Source: an uncultured Thermoplasmatales archaeon
GTDB lineage: Archaea > Thermoplasmatota > E2 > DHVEG-1
Direction of reading: 5' to 3'
DNA: 24,000 nt
Assembly (NCBI GenBank): GCA_964499875.1
Contig: CAZCPZ010000001.1
Coordinates: forward strand, 1-24,000
Shown one piece after another: positions 8,391 to 17,081 of this stretch. Under the pieces are notes generated by a model, which was not told the DNA's origin, ran no database searches, and saw only the letters and a list, made by a program, of their open reading frames with translations. Position numbers and translations under genes: made by a program. Positions within the stretch are counted from its first letter, which is position 1; the number at the start of each line of letters is the position of its first letter.

Positions 8391-9980
8391 TTATGTTAGA
8401 GTCTTCAGTAAGTAAACACCTTTATCTTTGAATCCGAGTTGTCTATAGTAATTCCTTACACCTATCCCACTTAATACAAATAGATGCCTCTTATCGAATT
8501 CATCTCTGCAGATTCTCTCAGCCTCCTCGATGAGTGTCTTCCCGTAACCTCTATGCTGCCATCCATCCATGAGGTGTTCCCCAATAGGTATTTCTCTACC
8601 AACAACTTTGAGTTCCCTTATGATCATACAGGGGTGTCTAGATAACTCTGGTCTATGTGGATTAGTGATATCTCGTAGACGAAGATAACCTATTATAGCA
8701 TCGTTTTTCTCTTCTACTAGCGATAAGAAGATTTCTTCTCCTTCACTGGCAGGGTAATTGATAACATGGAGATTAATACTGTTCTCATCGATCTCCAACT
8801 GTTGACGTAGTAGTTTATGTCCAATCTCCCTGCAGCGGATACATCTACAGTGTGCATCATGTCTCTCCATATCTTCCTCTACTAGTTGACGTAGGTTACT
8901 CTTGGTTACACCAGCTGCTATATATGGTGCAGGTACATCTCTTTGAATTCGTTGAATACGAACCCATTCTGGGATAAAAGATTTAATCTTAGCTATTAGA
9001 TATGAGGCTTCCTCTGAGGTTAAAGGGTTATATCTACCCTTCTTCCATTCCTCATAAAGTGGAGTACCTTCTATAACGAGTGTTGGATATATCTTGATCA
9101 TATCTGGTCGGAAATCCGGGTTTTCAAATATAGTTTTAAAAGCTTCGAGGTCTTTATCTATATCTGAGGCAGGTAAACCTGGCATCATATGGTAGCAGAC
9201 TTTTAAACCACTTTCTTTAGCTAAACGAGTCGCTTGTATAGAGTCAGTTACAGTGTGCCCTCGTTTAATCTTGTATAGTATTTCATCGAATACTGTTTGT
9301 ACTCCTAGTTCAACTCGAGTAGCTCCTAGATGTAGAGATTGATCTATATGTTGTAGCCTGAACCAATCAGGTCTTGTTTCAACTGTTAAACCGACACATC
9401 GATGGGGCGCTTTTTCATTTCTTCTCTGTGCCTCCTCTAGAGTAGAAGAGGGATTTTCGTTTAGGGCATCTAGGCATCTCTTTATAAACCATTCTTGGTA
9501 GAAGAAGGGTCTAGCTGTTAGTGTACCGCCCATGATTATGAGATCTATCTTATCAGTAGCGTGTCCTATGATTTGAAGTTGAGTTAATCTACTCTTTGTT
9601 TGTAGGTATGGATCAAATCTATTGTTGTGTGCTCTTAGAGCAGCTGGTTCATAACCAGTGTAGCTCTGAGGGGTTCCTCTTTGTGGTCCACCTGGACACG
9701 GTGTGCATCTACCATGCGGACACTTTTCTGGGCTTGTCATAACTGCTATGATTGCTACCCCTGATATTGTTCGCATTGGTTTAGTTCTAAGAACCATTAG
9801 GACCCTCCTTTTATCCTCCTCCGGTAGATTCCCTGGTATATACTGTAATATCTCACTGTCAGGAGGTATCCTCTTCAATTTGTATTTCTCGCATAACTGT
9901 ATTTTTAAACGATGCAGTTCTTCTTTAGATCGAATGGAGTTGGATAGGATATTATCTATGATCTCAGAGTATATATTCAT
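8391..9980 (-). CDS. elp3: Elp3-type tRNA uridine(34) modification radical SAM / GNAT acetyltransferase
   Basis: Radical-SAM cluster region SPEKCPHGRCTPCPGGP, a central TIM-like core (VETRPDW, RVELGVQTV), and a C-terminal GNAT (HRGYGKTLIEEAE). Length 529 aa. Confidence 0.93.
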   Translation of the reverse strand: MNIYSEIIDNILSNSIRSKEELHRLKIQLCEKYKLKRIPPDSEILQYIPGNLPEEDKRRVLMVLRTKPMRTISGVAIIAVMTSPEKCPHGRCTPCPGGPQRGTPQSYTGYEPAALRAHNNRFDPYLQTKSRLTQLQIIGHATDKIDLIIMGGTLTARPFFYQEWFIKRCLDALNENPSSTLEEAQRRNEKAPHRCVGLTVETRPDWFRLQHIDQSLHLGATRVELGVQTVFDEILYKIKRGHTVTDSIQATRLAKESGLKVCYHMMPGLPASDIDKDLEAFKTIFENPDFRPDMIKIYPTLVIEGTPLYEEWKKGRYNPLTSEEASYLIAKIKSFIPEWVRIQRIQRDVPAPYIAAGVTKSNLRQLVEEDMERHDAHCRCIRCREIGHKLLRQQLEIDENSINLHVINYPASEGEEIFLSLVEEKNDAIIGYLRLRDITNPHRPELSRHPCMIIRELKVVGREIPIGEHLMDGWQHRGYGKTLIEEAERICRDEFDKRHLFVLSGIGVRNYYRQLGFKDKGVYLLKTLT

Positions 9981-10138
9981 CTCCTATAGAGATCAATGGG
10001 GTTTACTAGGATAAAAAACTTATGTATAAAAAGAAAGTTTGGGCACTCAATAACTATAGAGTTATAATGGTCCTATAAATGACACAATAAATTTATTTTT
10101 CAATAAAATTTTAAATAATAAATATTCTATGTCTCTAT

Positions 10139-10504
10139 TTGATGGTGTTGAGAGTATTCTATGTGGTTGTGCTCCTAGTTTCACTGCTTCTAACCCCTAT
10201 GTTATCGATGTGTCAGGATATCTCCTCTAGTAGTATTTTATCTGGTGGAGTATACTATGTTGCTCCATGGGGAGATGATGATAACCCTGGTACTATAGAT
10301 AAACCTTGGCGTACCATTGGTAAAGCCGCTGATACACTTGAAGCAGGAGATACAGTATATATCAGAGAAGGTGTATACTATGAGAGGGTCATACCAAGGT
10401 ATTCTGGTACTCAAGGTAGTTATATAACATATGCTGCTTTCCCTGGGGAGAATGCAACTATAAGTGGTAAGGAATTAGTTTACCTGATGATCTCACGGGT
10501 TTAA
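10139..10504 (+). CDS. N-terminal fragment (signal peptide + DUF1565-like start of a right-handed beta-helix protein), interrupted by a frameshift
   Basis: Signal-like MVLRVFYVVVLLVSLLLTP, then YYVAPWGDDDNPGTIDKPWRTIGKAADTLEAGDTVYIREGVYYE (pectate-lyase-fold N-cap pattern). The ATG at 10142 is a more likely start than the TTG at 10139. The frame ends 33 nt after the point (10469-10471) where homology switches to the -1 frame. Confidence 0.7.
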   Translation: MMVLRVFYVVVLLVSLLLTPMLSMCQDISSSSILSGGVYYVAPWGDDDNPGTIDKPWRTIGKAADTLEAGDTVYIREGVYYERVIPRYSGTQGSYITYAAFPGENATISGKELVYLMISRV

Positions 10505-10611
10505 TCTATATTGCTGATAAGAGTTATATTAAAGTAGAGAGATTAAATATCAAGGATGTTGGACCTCACGATAATAATGCTGGTATACTAGTATATAATT
10601 CTCATCACATA

Positions 10612-12633
10612 GTGGCTAAGGATAACTATATCTATAACACTAGTTCCTCTGGTATAGGTGTTTGGGAGAGTAGCGATATAGTTGTTGATGGAAACGAAGT
10701 AGTTTTAGCTTGTAATGATGGAGAGGAAGAGTGTATAACGATTGCTGGTACTAAAGGTTTTGAGGTTAAAAATAATCTTGTTCATCATGGTGGACCAGGT
10801 ACACTTGGTGGAGAGGGTATAGATATCAAGGATGGTTCTAGAAATGGTAGGGTTTATAGAAACAAGGTTTATCATCTGAATAGGATAGGTATCTACGTTG
10901 ATGCTTGGGATAAACATACTTACAGTATTGACATCTACCAAAACATTGTATATGATTGCAATGCATATGGTTTCGCAGTGGCTTCAGAGAAAGGAGGGCT
11001 ACTAGAGGAGGTAAGGATCTATAATAATGTTGCGTATGGTAATAGTATGTGTGGTATAGGTGTAGCTGGTTGGGGTGAACGTGTCTTTAGGCATCCTATG
11101 AGGGGTATAGTGATAATGAATAATGTTTTCTATGATAATGGCAGGGGAGACTGGGGTGGGGGGATCTCAATTGAGAATAGGGATGCAGAAGATATTGTTA
11201 TTAGGAATAATATTTGTAGTCAAAACCTTCTGTTTCAGATACAAGTAGAGGTTAAGATACCAAATCTAGTGGTGGATCATAATTTGATTGATGGGTATAG
11301 GGGTTATGAGACAGAGATTCGTGGTGAGAATTATGTAGAGGGTGATCCATCGTTTATGAACCCCAGTCTAGGTGATTTTCATCTAACGAAGGGATCCCCA
11401 GCTATAGATAATGGCTCCTCTAATGGTGCCCCTGGTTTCGATTTCGATGATAACTATAGGCCCCGTATGAATGATTATGATATAGGTGCTTTTGAGTATC
11501 CTAGAACAAAGTATTATGGAGTAGATACTATTGAGAAGGAAGAGTTTTCATTCCTCAAGAATCATTTAGGTGGAAACCTAGCAGGTGTAGCATTAGAATG
11601 CAGTGTTGAGGATTGGTGGGAAACCTTGAGGGAGGCTGAGAGGAATAATATTAGGCTTATTATATGGCCTCTTGGTCATGGTCACCAGTATACCCCTTGG
11701 AAGTGGAATGGTACAGGTTGGGATATCTCTGAGGGTTTAGAGGTTTTAGAGTATGCAGAGAGTTATGTTACTAGTGGTGGAGAATCCTTATTAGCTGTGT
11801 TAATGTCTCATGAACCATTCTGGAATGATGGGAATCCTTTTACAACAAGTCAGATGAAACAACTATATTCTAAGCTAAAAAGTGTTGCTCCTCATGTTAA
11901 ACTCTATGTTGCTTTTGGTTGCCTATCTTGTTTTGATGTTAACCCTGATACTAGGATTGAGAATGGCATCGCGGATGTAGCTGGTATATGGCTACATTGC
12001 TTTGGTGGAATGGAAGGAAGCATAGAGGATGCATTGAATAGGATTGATAGAGACTATGAGTTGATACAAGAGAAGAATTTGGATATGGATTTATTTTTTG
12101 CTATTCAGACTTTTGGCATAGAGGGTACAAGATACAGGATGCCTTCTGCTAATGAGATGCTAGAATTTGGCAGTAGGGTTTTTGAGAAGAATAAACTCGA
12201 TGGAATCTTCTGGTATCCATGGGGTAACCCAGCTGGTTACACAGAGTGGTTAGAGAAGGATAGATATGATGAGAAGGGTAATGATAGGTGGAGTGTTGTA
12301 CAGTATTTCTCAGATGTTTATATGAATAAGAGTGAAGCATTGTATGTAGAAATAGTTAGACCATCCAACTACCTGTATGTGTTTGATAATGAGATACTAC
12401 CTTTTGGTTATCCTTTGATTATAGGTGGAGTAACTATTAGAGTAGAGGTATCTAAGGATGTTGATGGAGTTGAATTTTATATTGATAATGTCTCGAAGTT
12501 TGTGGATACAGAGGAGCCTTTTGAGTGGTTCTGGGATGAGAACATTATTGGTTGGTCTGAAATAAGGGTAGTGGCTTATGGAGATAATGAACAAGTAGAT
12601 GATACATTATCTACTCTAGTGATTAATACTTGA
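10612..12633 (+). CDS. C-terminal portion of the same beta-helix protein: parallel beta-helix repeats + TIM-barrel-like domain + Ig-like tail
   Basis: Periodic beta-helix repeats (NYIYNTSSSGIGVWESSDIVVDGNEV, NLVHHGG, NKVYHLNRIGIYV, NIVYDCNAYGF, NNVAYGNSMCGIGV, NNVFYDNG, NNICSQN). After about residue 300 come an alpha/beta region and a C-terminal beta-sandwich-like tail. This frame is open back to 10471 and encodes further beta-helix sequence (GISLPDDLTGLIYIADKSYIKVERLNIKDV...), so the GTG at 10612 is probably not a true start. Confidence 0.7.
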   Translation: MAKDNYIYNTSSSGIGVWESSDIVVDGNEVVLACNDGEEECITIAGTKGFEVKNNLVHHGGPGTLGGEGIDIKDGSRNGRVYRNKVYHLNRIGIYVDAWDKHTYSIDIYQNIVYDCNAYGFAVASEKGGLLEEVRIYNNVAYGNSMCGIGVAGWGERVFRHPMRGIVIMNNVFYDNGRGDWGGGISIENRDAEDIVIRNNICSQNLLFQIQVEVKIPNLVVDHNLIDGYRGYETEIRGENYVEGDPSFMNPSLGDFHLTKGSPAIDNGSSNGAPGFDFDDNYRPRMNDYDIGAFEYPRTKYYGVDTIEKEEFSFLKNHLGGNLAGVALECSVEDWWETLREAERNNIRLIIWPLGHGHQYTPWKWNGTGWDISEGLEVLEYAESYVTSGGESLLAVLMSHEPFWNDGNPFTTSQMKQLYSKLKSVAPHVKLYVAFGCLSCFDVNPDTRIENGIADVAGIWLHCFGGMEGSIEDALNRIDRDYELIQEKNLDMDLFFAIQTFGIEGTRYRMPSANEMLEFGSRVFEKNKLDGIFWYPWGNPAGYTEWLEKDRYDEKGNDRWSVVQYFSDVYMNKSEALYVEIVRPSNYLYVFDNEILPFGYPLIIGGVTIRVEVSKDVDGVEFYIDNVSKFVDTEEPFEWFWDENIIGWSEIRVVAYGDNEQVDDTLSTLVINT

Positions 12634-12855
12634 AATAATCGGTAGAAAAAACTCTTCATGAAAGAGAGGATATTTTATGGTTTCGACCAGGAGAAGTATG
12701 GAGAAAAGATATATCTAAGATCTAAGAGAACCCTAGGTAGAGAGGAATCCACGAGTTGAGATTGAGAATAACAAAATAGGATGGAGGATACCTCTTGGGA
12801 AGAACAGTTGTCAAATAGTAGTAAATGATAAATAAATCAATTATGATATATTTTT

Positions 12856-15414
12856 GTGGAGAATAAAACATGGTTCTACTTGGTATTAGTAATTAATCTA
12901 TCAATTCTTTCTATTCAATGGTCTAACCTAGAGAATGTTAACCAGTGTTTCCTGAATCCACCTAAGATTAAACATTTGATGGAGGACACAATTACCTATT
13001 TTTCAGTACCAGAGGGTTGTAAACTAGATATAACATTGCATCATATATGGATGTATGGTAACTCCACTTTCAGGGTTTTCAATGAAACCGGTGAGATTTA
13101 CAAGGAGGTTGTTTTTACTAATAATGAGAGTGATGTAACAAAACATGTCTTCTTTAACCAATCTGGTACTTATAAGATGGTTGCTTTTGGAACTGGTTTC
13201 TCATATGATCTAGAGTTTAATGGTTATAGTTCCAATTGGGGTTTCGTTGTAGCTGCTTTTCCACATAAGGGTTTATTTAGACTTAGAGAAGGTGAATCCA
13301 TAAAGGTTTTCTTTAAAGTGAAAGGTAGAAGCTTCTACTTCTATGCTACTGAGGACTTTGATTTAACGAGGAGAGATGGTTATATAGAGGTCTATAATCC
13401 AGAGGGGGATAAGAAAGCTAGTTTCCATCTGATCTCAAATATCCTAGATAACTGTTTCCAGCAGAGTGTTGAGTTGAAGAAGAATAGTGATGATGAAGAG
13501 TTTTGGTATGCCATATTATATGGTGAGGGGAGTAGGACTGCTAAGCTAGGTTTATGGGTTAACCAGAGTAACTATGATTACCCAACCGGTTTAACTACTT
13601 TTTTAACAACCAAACCAGAATACTATTTTAAACCTTGTTTCAAGAGTCGATGTATAGATATAGAGGTTTATGGTGAAATCACTAAAAAAGCACTTGTAGG
13701 AGCAGCTGGTTATCCTTATCGTTATACTGATACCATCTATAATTATACGAGTGAACTTAATCTAAAGACCTTTAATAAATATGTTAGTTGGAGGTGGAGG
13801 GAGAGAGATGAGGATGCTAATCCTAGAAATGATGATAATGATCCTTTTCATATAAACTGGAAGGGGTTTGATTTTAGAAGTTTTGATGAGAGATTCAGTT
13901 TCTTCAACAAACTAGGTATAGCTCCCGTGCTTAACTTGAAATGGAGTAGAGATTGCTTCTTATCTAAACATCCAGCAATCTGGGATGAGAATGATATACA
14001 GGAATACGCAGAGTTTTGTTTAGCCACGGTTATACATTGTGTCGCACCTGATCTAGAGGATCCACCGAGTAATAGAACACCCTATAATATTATGGGTATA
14101 CAGCTTCTAGGTGAACCTAATATACTACTTGAGGAGGAGCTAAATATAGATTCTGCTTTAGATAAATATATTGAGATTCTAAAAATAGTTGGTAATAGGA
14201 TTAAGGATTACCCTGATGGGAGAGTTAATAGTGTAAAGATTTTTGCTCCTGGTATAGGTAGTGATGAACTAGGGGAGTATGGAAAAATATACTGGGTTTC
14301 TCGTATACTTAGAGAAGCAGAGGAATATGTAGATGTGATTTCATGGGATGAATATTATAAGTGGCTGTTAGAGGAAGTAGATAACTATGGTAGAGATACT
14401 AGGGAGATGATTAGTTTAATAAAACACCTGGGTTACGATAAAGAGGTGGGTATGTGTGAATTTAACCTTAGAGGTGGTATACCAACTTCTCAATACTTCT
14501 TTGGCTCTAAGTACTCTGAGTTATATTTGTTTGGCGCCATGGCTAATAGTATCAATAATGGTATGAGGTATATCATCTATTATAGTTTGGTGGATTCATG
14601 GTATGAACCCAGGTTTAAAGGATTAATATCCTCTAATCCCATGCCACCCTACTCAAATATACCTCTTTTAACTAGGAAACCACAGTTTTATTCAATGAAG
14701 ATACTGGGAGAGATATGTAAGGGTTCTATACTCAAACTATCATATGATGCCTCGCAGTTTGATTGTATAGCATCATATGATGACAAGGTTTATAGAATGG
14801 GTTTATCGAATAGATACGAGGGAAAAACCATTATTAAGTTTAATCTAGATAAGAACTTCAAGGTGAAAGTATACAGTGTGGAAAAAGATTCCATAGAATT
14901 CCTCTACGAGAGTTGGAGTAATGAAACCATAGTGATGCCTCCTTGGAGTATATATTATGTTGAAGGAGTTATAGGTGAGTCTAAACCTGATCTCGAGTGT
15001 AGTGGGGAGCTTGTGTGGAGAAATACTAAACCTAATTCTAGTGTACATGGTTATTTCTATGTTGAGAATAAAGGCGATTCTCTCTCCATGCTTAACTGGG
15101 AGATCACTGATTACCCTAGTTGGGGTAACTGGTCTTTCAACCCAATGCGAGGAGAAAACTTGACACCTATAATTAGTCCTATTAGAGTAGATGTAACTAT
15201 TGATGTACCAGATGAGGATAACAAGGTTTTCACAGGGTATATAACAGTTACTAATCTAGATGATTCTATGGATACCTGTAGTATACCAGTTATGATTTCA
15301 ACATCTAGTAATAGATGGTTTTATCAAACCCATCTCGTTAACAACTTGTTTAAACCCCATTGGAGGTTTATCGTTGAGTATAATAGAAACCTTTGGTCTC
15401 ACAAAGAGGTTTAA
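12856..15414 (+). CDS. Large secreted protein: N-terminal beta-rich region, clan GH-A-like (beta/alpha)8 core, C-terminal CARDB/Ig-like domain
   Basis: GTG start followed by a hydrophobic signal-like segment. Colinear with the GH39-like protein at 2621-4123: IQLLGEPN (Glu 14113-14115) vs WEIWNEPD, VDVISWDEY vs IDFFSWHCY, MCEFNL (Glu 14458-14460) vs LTEWNI. C-terminal LECSGELVWRNTKPNSSVHGYFYVENKGDS...WGNWSFNP...FTGYITVTN is a beta-sandwich pattern common in archaeal surface proteins. Dense N-x-S/T sequons. Confidence 0.6.
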   Translation: MENKTWFYLVLVINLSILSIQWSNLENVNQCFLNPPKIKHLMEDTITYFSVPEGCKLDITLHHIWMYGNSTFRVFNETGEIYKEVVFTNNESDVTKHVFFNQSGTYKMVAFGTGFSYDLEFNGYSSNWGFVVAAFPHKGLFRLREGESIKVFFKVKGRSFYFYATEDFDLTRRDGYIEVYNPEGDKKASFHLISNILDNCFQQSVELKKNSDDEEFWYAILYGEGSRTAKLGLWVNQSNYDYPTGLTTFLTTKPEYYFKPCFKSRCIDIEVYGEITKKALVGAAGYPYRYTDTIYNYTSELNLKTFNKYVSWRWRERDEDANPRNDDNDPFHINWKGFDFRSFDERFSFFNKLGIAPVLNLKWSRDCFLSKHPAIWDENDIQEYAEFCLATVIHCVAPDLEDPPSNRTPYNIMGIQLLGEPNILLEEELNIDSALDKYIEILKIVGNRIKDYPDGRVNSVKIFAPGIGSDELGEYGKIYWVSRILREAEEYVDVISWDEYYKWLLEEVDNYGRDTREMISLIKHLGYDKEVGMCEFNLRGGIPTSQYFFGSKYSELYLFGAMANSINNGMRYIIYYSLVDSWYEPRFKGLISSNPMPPYSNIPLLTRKPQFYSMKILGEICKGSILKLSYDASQFDCIASYDDKVYRMGLSNRYEGKTIIKFNLDKNFKVKVYSVEKDSIEFLYESWSNETIVMPPWSIYYVEGVIGESKPDLECSGELVWRNTKPNSSVHGYFYVENKGDSLSMLNWEITDYPSWGNWSFNPMRGENLTPIISPIRVDVTIDVPDEDNKVFTGYITVTNLDDSMDTCSIPVMISTSSNRWFYQTHLVNNLFKPHWRFIVEYNRNLWSHKEV

Positions 15415-16327
15415 CTCCTTTACTGCTGTTAATAGGGTATCTTTTAGTGTTGAGGAGGGCGAAATTTTTGGTTTCCTAGGTCCTAATGGTGCTGGTAAAA
15501 CCACTACGATTAAGATGCTTACAACTCTGCTTCACCCCACTGAGGGATCCGCCACTATCGCTGGTTATGATATTAGGAGGAATAGAAATGAGGTTCGCAA
15601 GGTTATAGGCGTGGTATTCCAAGATCCAGCACTGGATACAGAGCTCACTGGCAGGGAGAATCTTGATTATCATGCTCGTATGTATGGTATGAGTAGGTTG
15701 GAACGAGAGAAACGTATATCTGAGGTTCTCTCACTAGTTGATTTAGAGGATAAGAAGGATACACTTGTTAAGTATTATTCTGGTGGTATGAAACGTAGAC
15801 TTGAGATCGCTAGAGGGTTGATGCATCAACCTAGGGTGTTGTTTCTAGATGAACCTACTCTTGGTTTAGATTCAAAGACTCGTAGGCGTATATGGAGTTA
15901 TATTAGGGAGATGAATAAAAACGAGGGAACAACTATTTTTCTAACTACTCATTATATGGAGGAAGCTGATGTACTCTGTGATAGAGTGGGGATAATTGAT
16001 CATGGTTCTCTAATAGTAGTTGATACACCTAGGAGTTTAAAGAGTAAACTAGGGAGAGATGTTATAACTATTAAAACAAGTGATTCAGATAAACTATGTA
16101 ATATACTTGATGAGGAGGAATGGGTTCAGAAGAGCGAGGTACATGGGGGTATGGTTAATATAGGTGTTGAGAGAGGCGAAGAAAAGATTCCAGTGATTTT
16201 TGAGATTGCTCATAGACATGGGATCCATATAACCTCTATTAGTGTTAGGAATCCTACTCTCGATGACGTGTTTCTTCACTTCACTGGTAGAACCATAGAG
16301 GGGGATAAGAAGATTGGTTTTAGATAG
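15374..16327 (+). CDS. ABC-2-type exporter ATP-binding protein (DrrA-like)
   Basis: Walker A GPNGAGKTT, Q-loop VFQD, signature YSGGMKRRLE, Walker B LFLDEPTLGLD, H-loop TTHYMEEA. TTG is the only possible start upstream of the first conserved strand. It overlaps the preceding gene by 41 nt. Confidence 0.93.
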   Translation: MSIIETFGLTKRFNSFTAVNRVSFSVEEGEIFGFLGPNGAGKTTTIKMLTTLLHPTEGSATIAGYDIRRNRNEVRKVIGVVFQDPALDTELTGRENLDYHARMYGMSRLEREKRISEVLSLVDLEDKKDTLVKYYSGGMKRRLEIARGLMHQPRVLFLDEPTLGLDSKTRRRIWSYIREMNKNEGTTIFLTTHYMEEADVLCDRVGIIDHGSLIVVDTPRSLKSKLGRDVITIKTSDSDKLCNILDEEEWVQKSEVHGGMVNIGVERGEEKIPVIFEIAHRHGIHITSISVRNPTLDDVFLHFTGRTIEGDKKIGFR

Positions 16328-17081
16328 AGAGTTTCAAGCGATTTATGTTATGTGGCTTCGTCAGATGAAACGTTTTATTAGATCTAAGAGTAGAGTAGTT
16401 TCAACTATACTACAACCCATGTTTTTCTTATTCTTCCTTGGAGCAGGTTTTAGGAGAGCTAGTTTGGATGGAATAAATGATTACATCTCTTTTTTAACCC
16501 CTGGTATTGTAGCTATGGCTATCATGCTCTCATCTATGTTCGCTGGAGTCTCAGTTTTATGGGATAGAAAATTTGGTTTCCTCCAAGAGGTTCTTGTTGC
16601 CCCTGTTAGTAGGCTTTCGATTATTATTGGTAGAACCCTTGGTGGAGCAACTATTGCTATACTACAGGGATGTATTATTCTCATTATCTCTATTCTACTT
16701 GGAGCCTCTATATCTGGAAACTTGTTTCTAGCGGTTTTATTCATGGTTTTTATTGCTTTTACTGCTGTTGGCTTGGGTTTAGCAATTGCTTCTAGGATGG
16801 AGGATTTCCAGGGTTTCCAGTTGTTTATGAATCTACTGGTGATTCCTTTACTGTTTTTATCATCAGCTTTCTTCCCTGTGACAAGTGATTCTATGCTTAA
16901 AACTATAGCGTTATTTAACCCATTGTTTTATATGGTTGATGGTTTAAGAGGTAGCCTCATCGATGCTACTGTGGGTGTAGAGGTTGTTAACTCACCCTTC
17001 ATAGATTTAATAGCAGTTGTAATCATCTGTATTTTTATATTAGGCATGGGTAGTATCTTGTTTAGTAGAAGCGAGGTTTAG
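16314..17081 (+). CDS. ABC-2 family transporter permease
   Basis: Six predicted TM helices with an N-terminal amphipathic YVMWLRQMKRFIRSKSR segment typical of ABC-2 permeases. 14-nt overlap with the ATPase gene. Confidence 0.85.
   Translation: MVLDREFQAIYVMWLRQMKRFIRSKSRVVSTILQPMFFLFFLGAGFRRASLDGINDYISFLTPGIVAMAIMLSSMFAGVSVLWDRKFGFLQEVLVAPVSRLSIIIGRTLGGATIAILQGCIILIISILLGASISGNLFLAVLFMVFIAFTAVGLGLAIASRMEDFQGFQLFMNLLVIPLLFLSSAFFPVTSDSMLKTIALFNPLFYMVDGLRGSLIDATVGVEVVNSPFIDLIAVVIICIFILGMGSILFSRSEV

Noticed and set aside
10463-10475. Programmed -1 ribosomal frameshift as the explanation for the split beta-helix gene
   Set aside because: The switch point has no X-XXY-YYZ slippery heptamer and I see no obvious downstream pseudoknot or hairpin. 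A 1-nt deletion or sequencing error in AAGG(G)A is the more economical explanation. The split itself is kept as a finding.
12658-12759. 33-codon plus-strand ORF (MKERIFYGFDQEKYGEKIYLRSKRTLGREESTS) in the 222-nt spacer before the 852-aa gene
   Set aside because: It is too short, has no SD or well-placed TATA box, and has no recognisable motif. The sequence alone cannot support it.
2621-15414. Interpreting the whole window as a classical cellulosome locus, with the hydrolase-like proteins as cohesin-dockerin cargos
   Set aside because: None of the four hydrolase/esterase-like proteins (2621-4123, 4267-5175, 10139-12633, 12856-15414) contains a D-x-N-x-D-G-type dockerin repeat. They are also separated from the cohesin operon by unrelated housekeeping genes. 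The link is not supported within this window.
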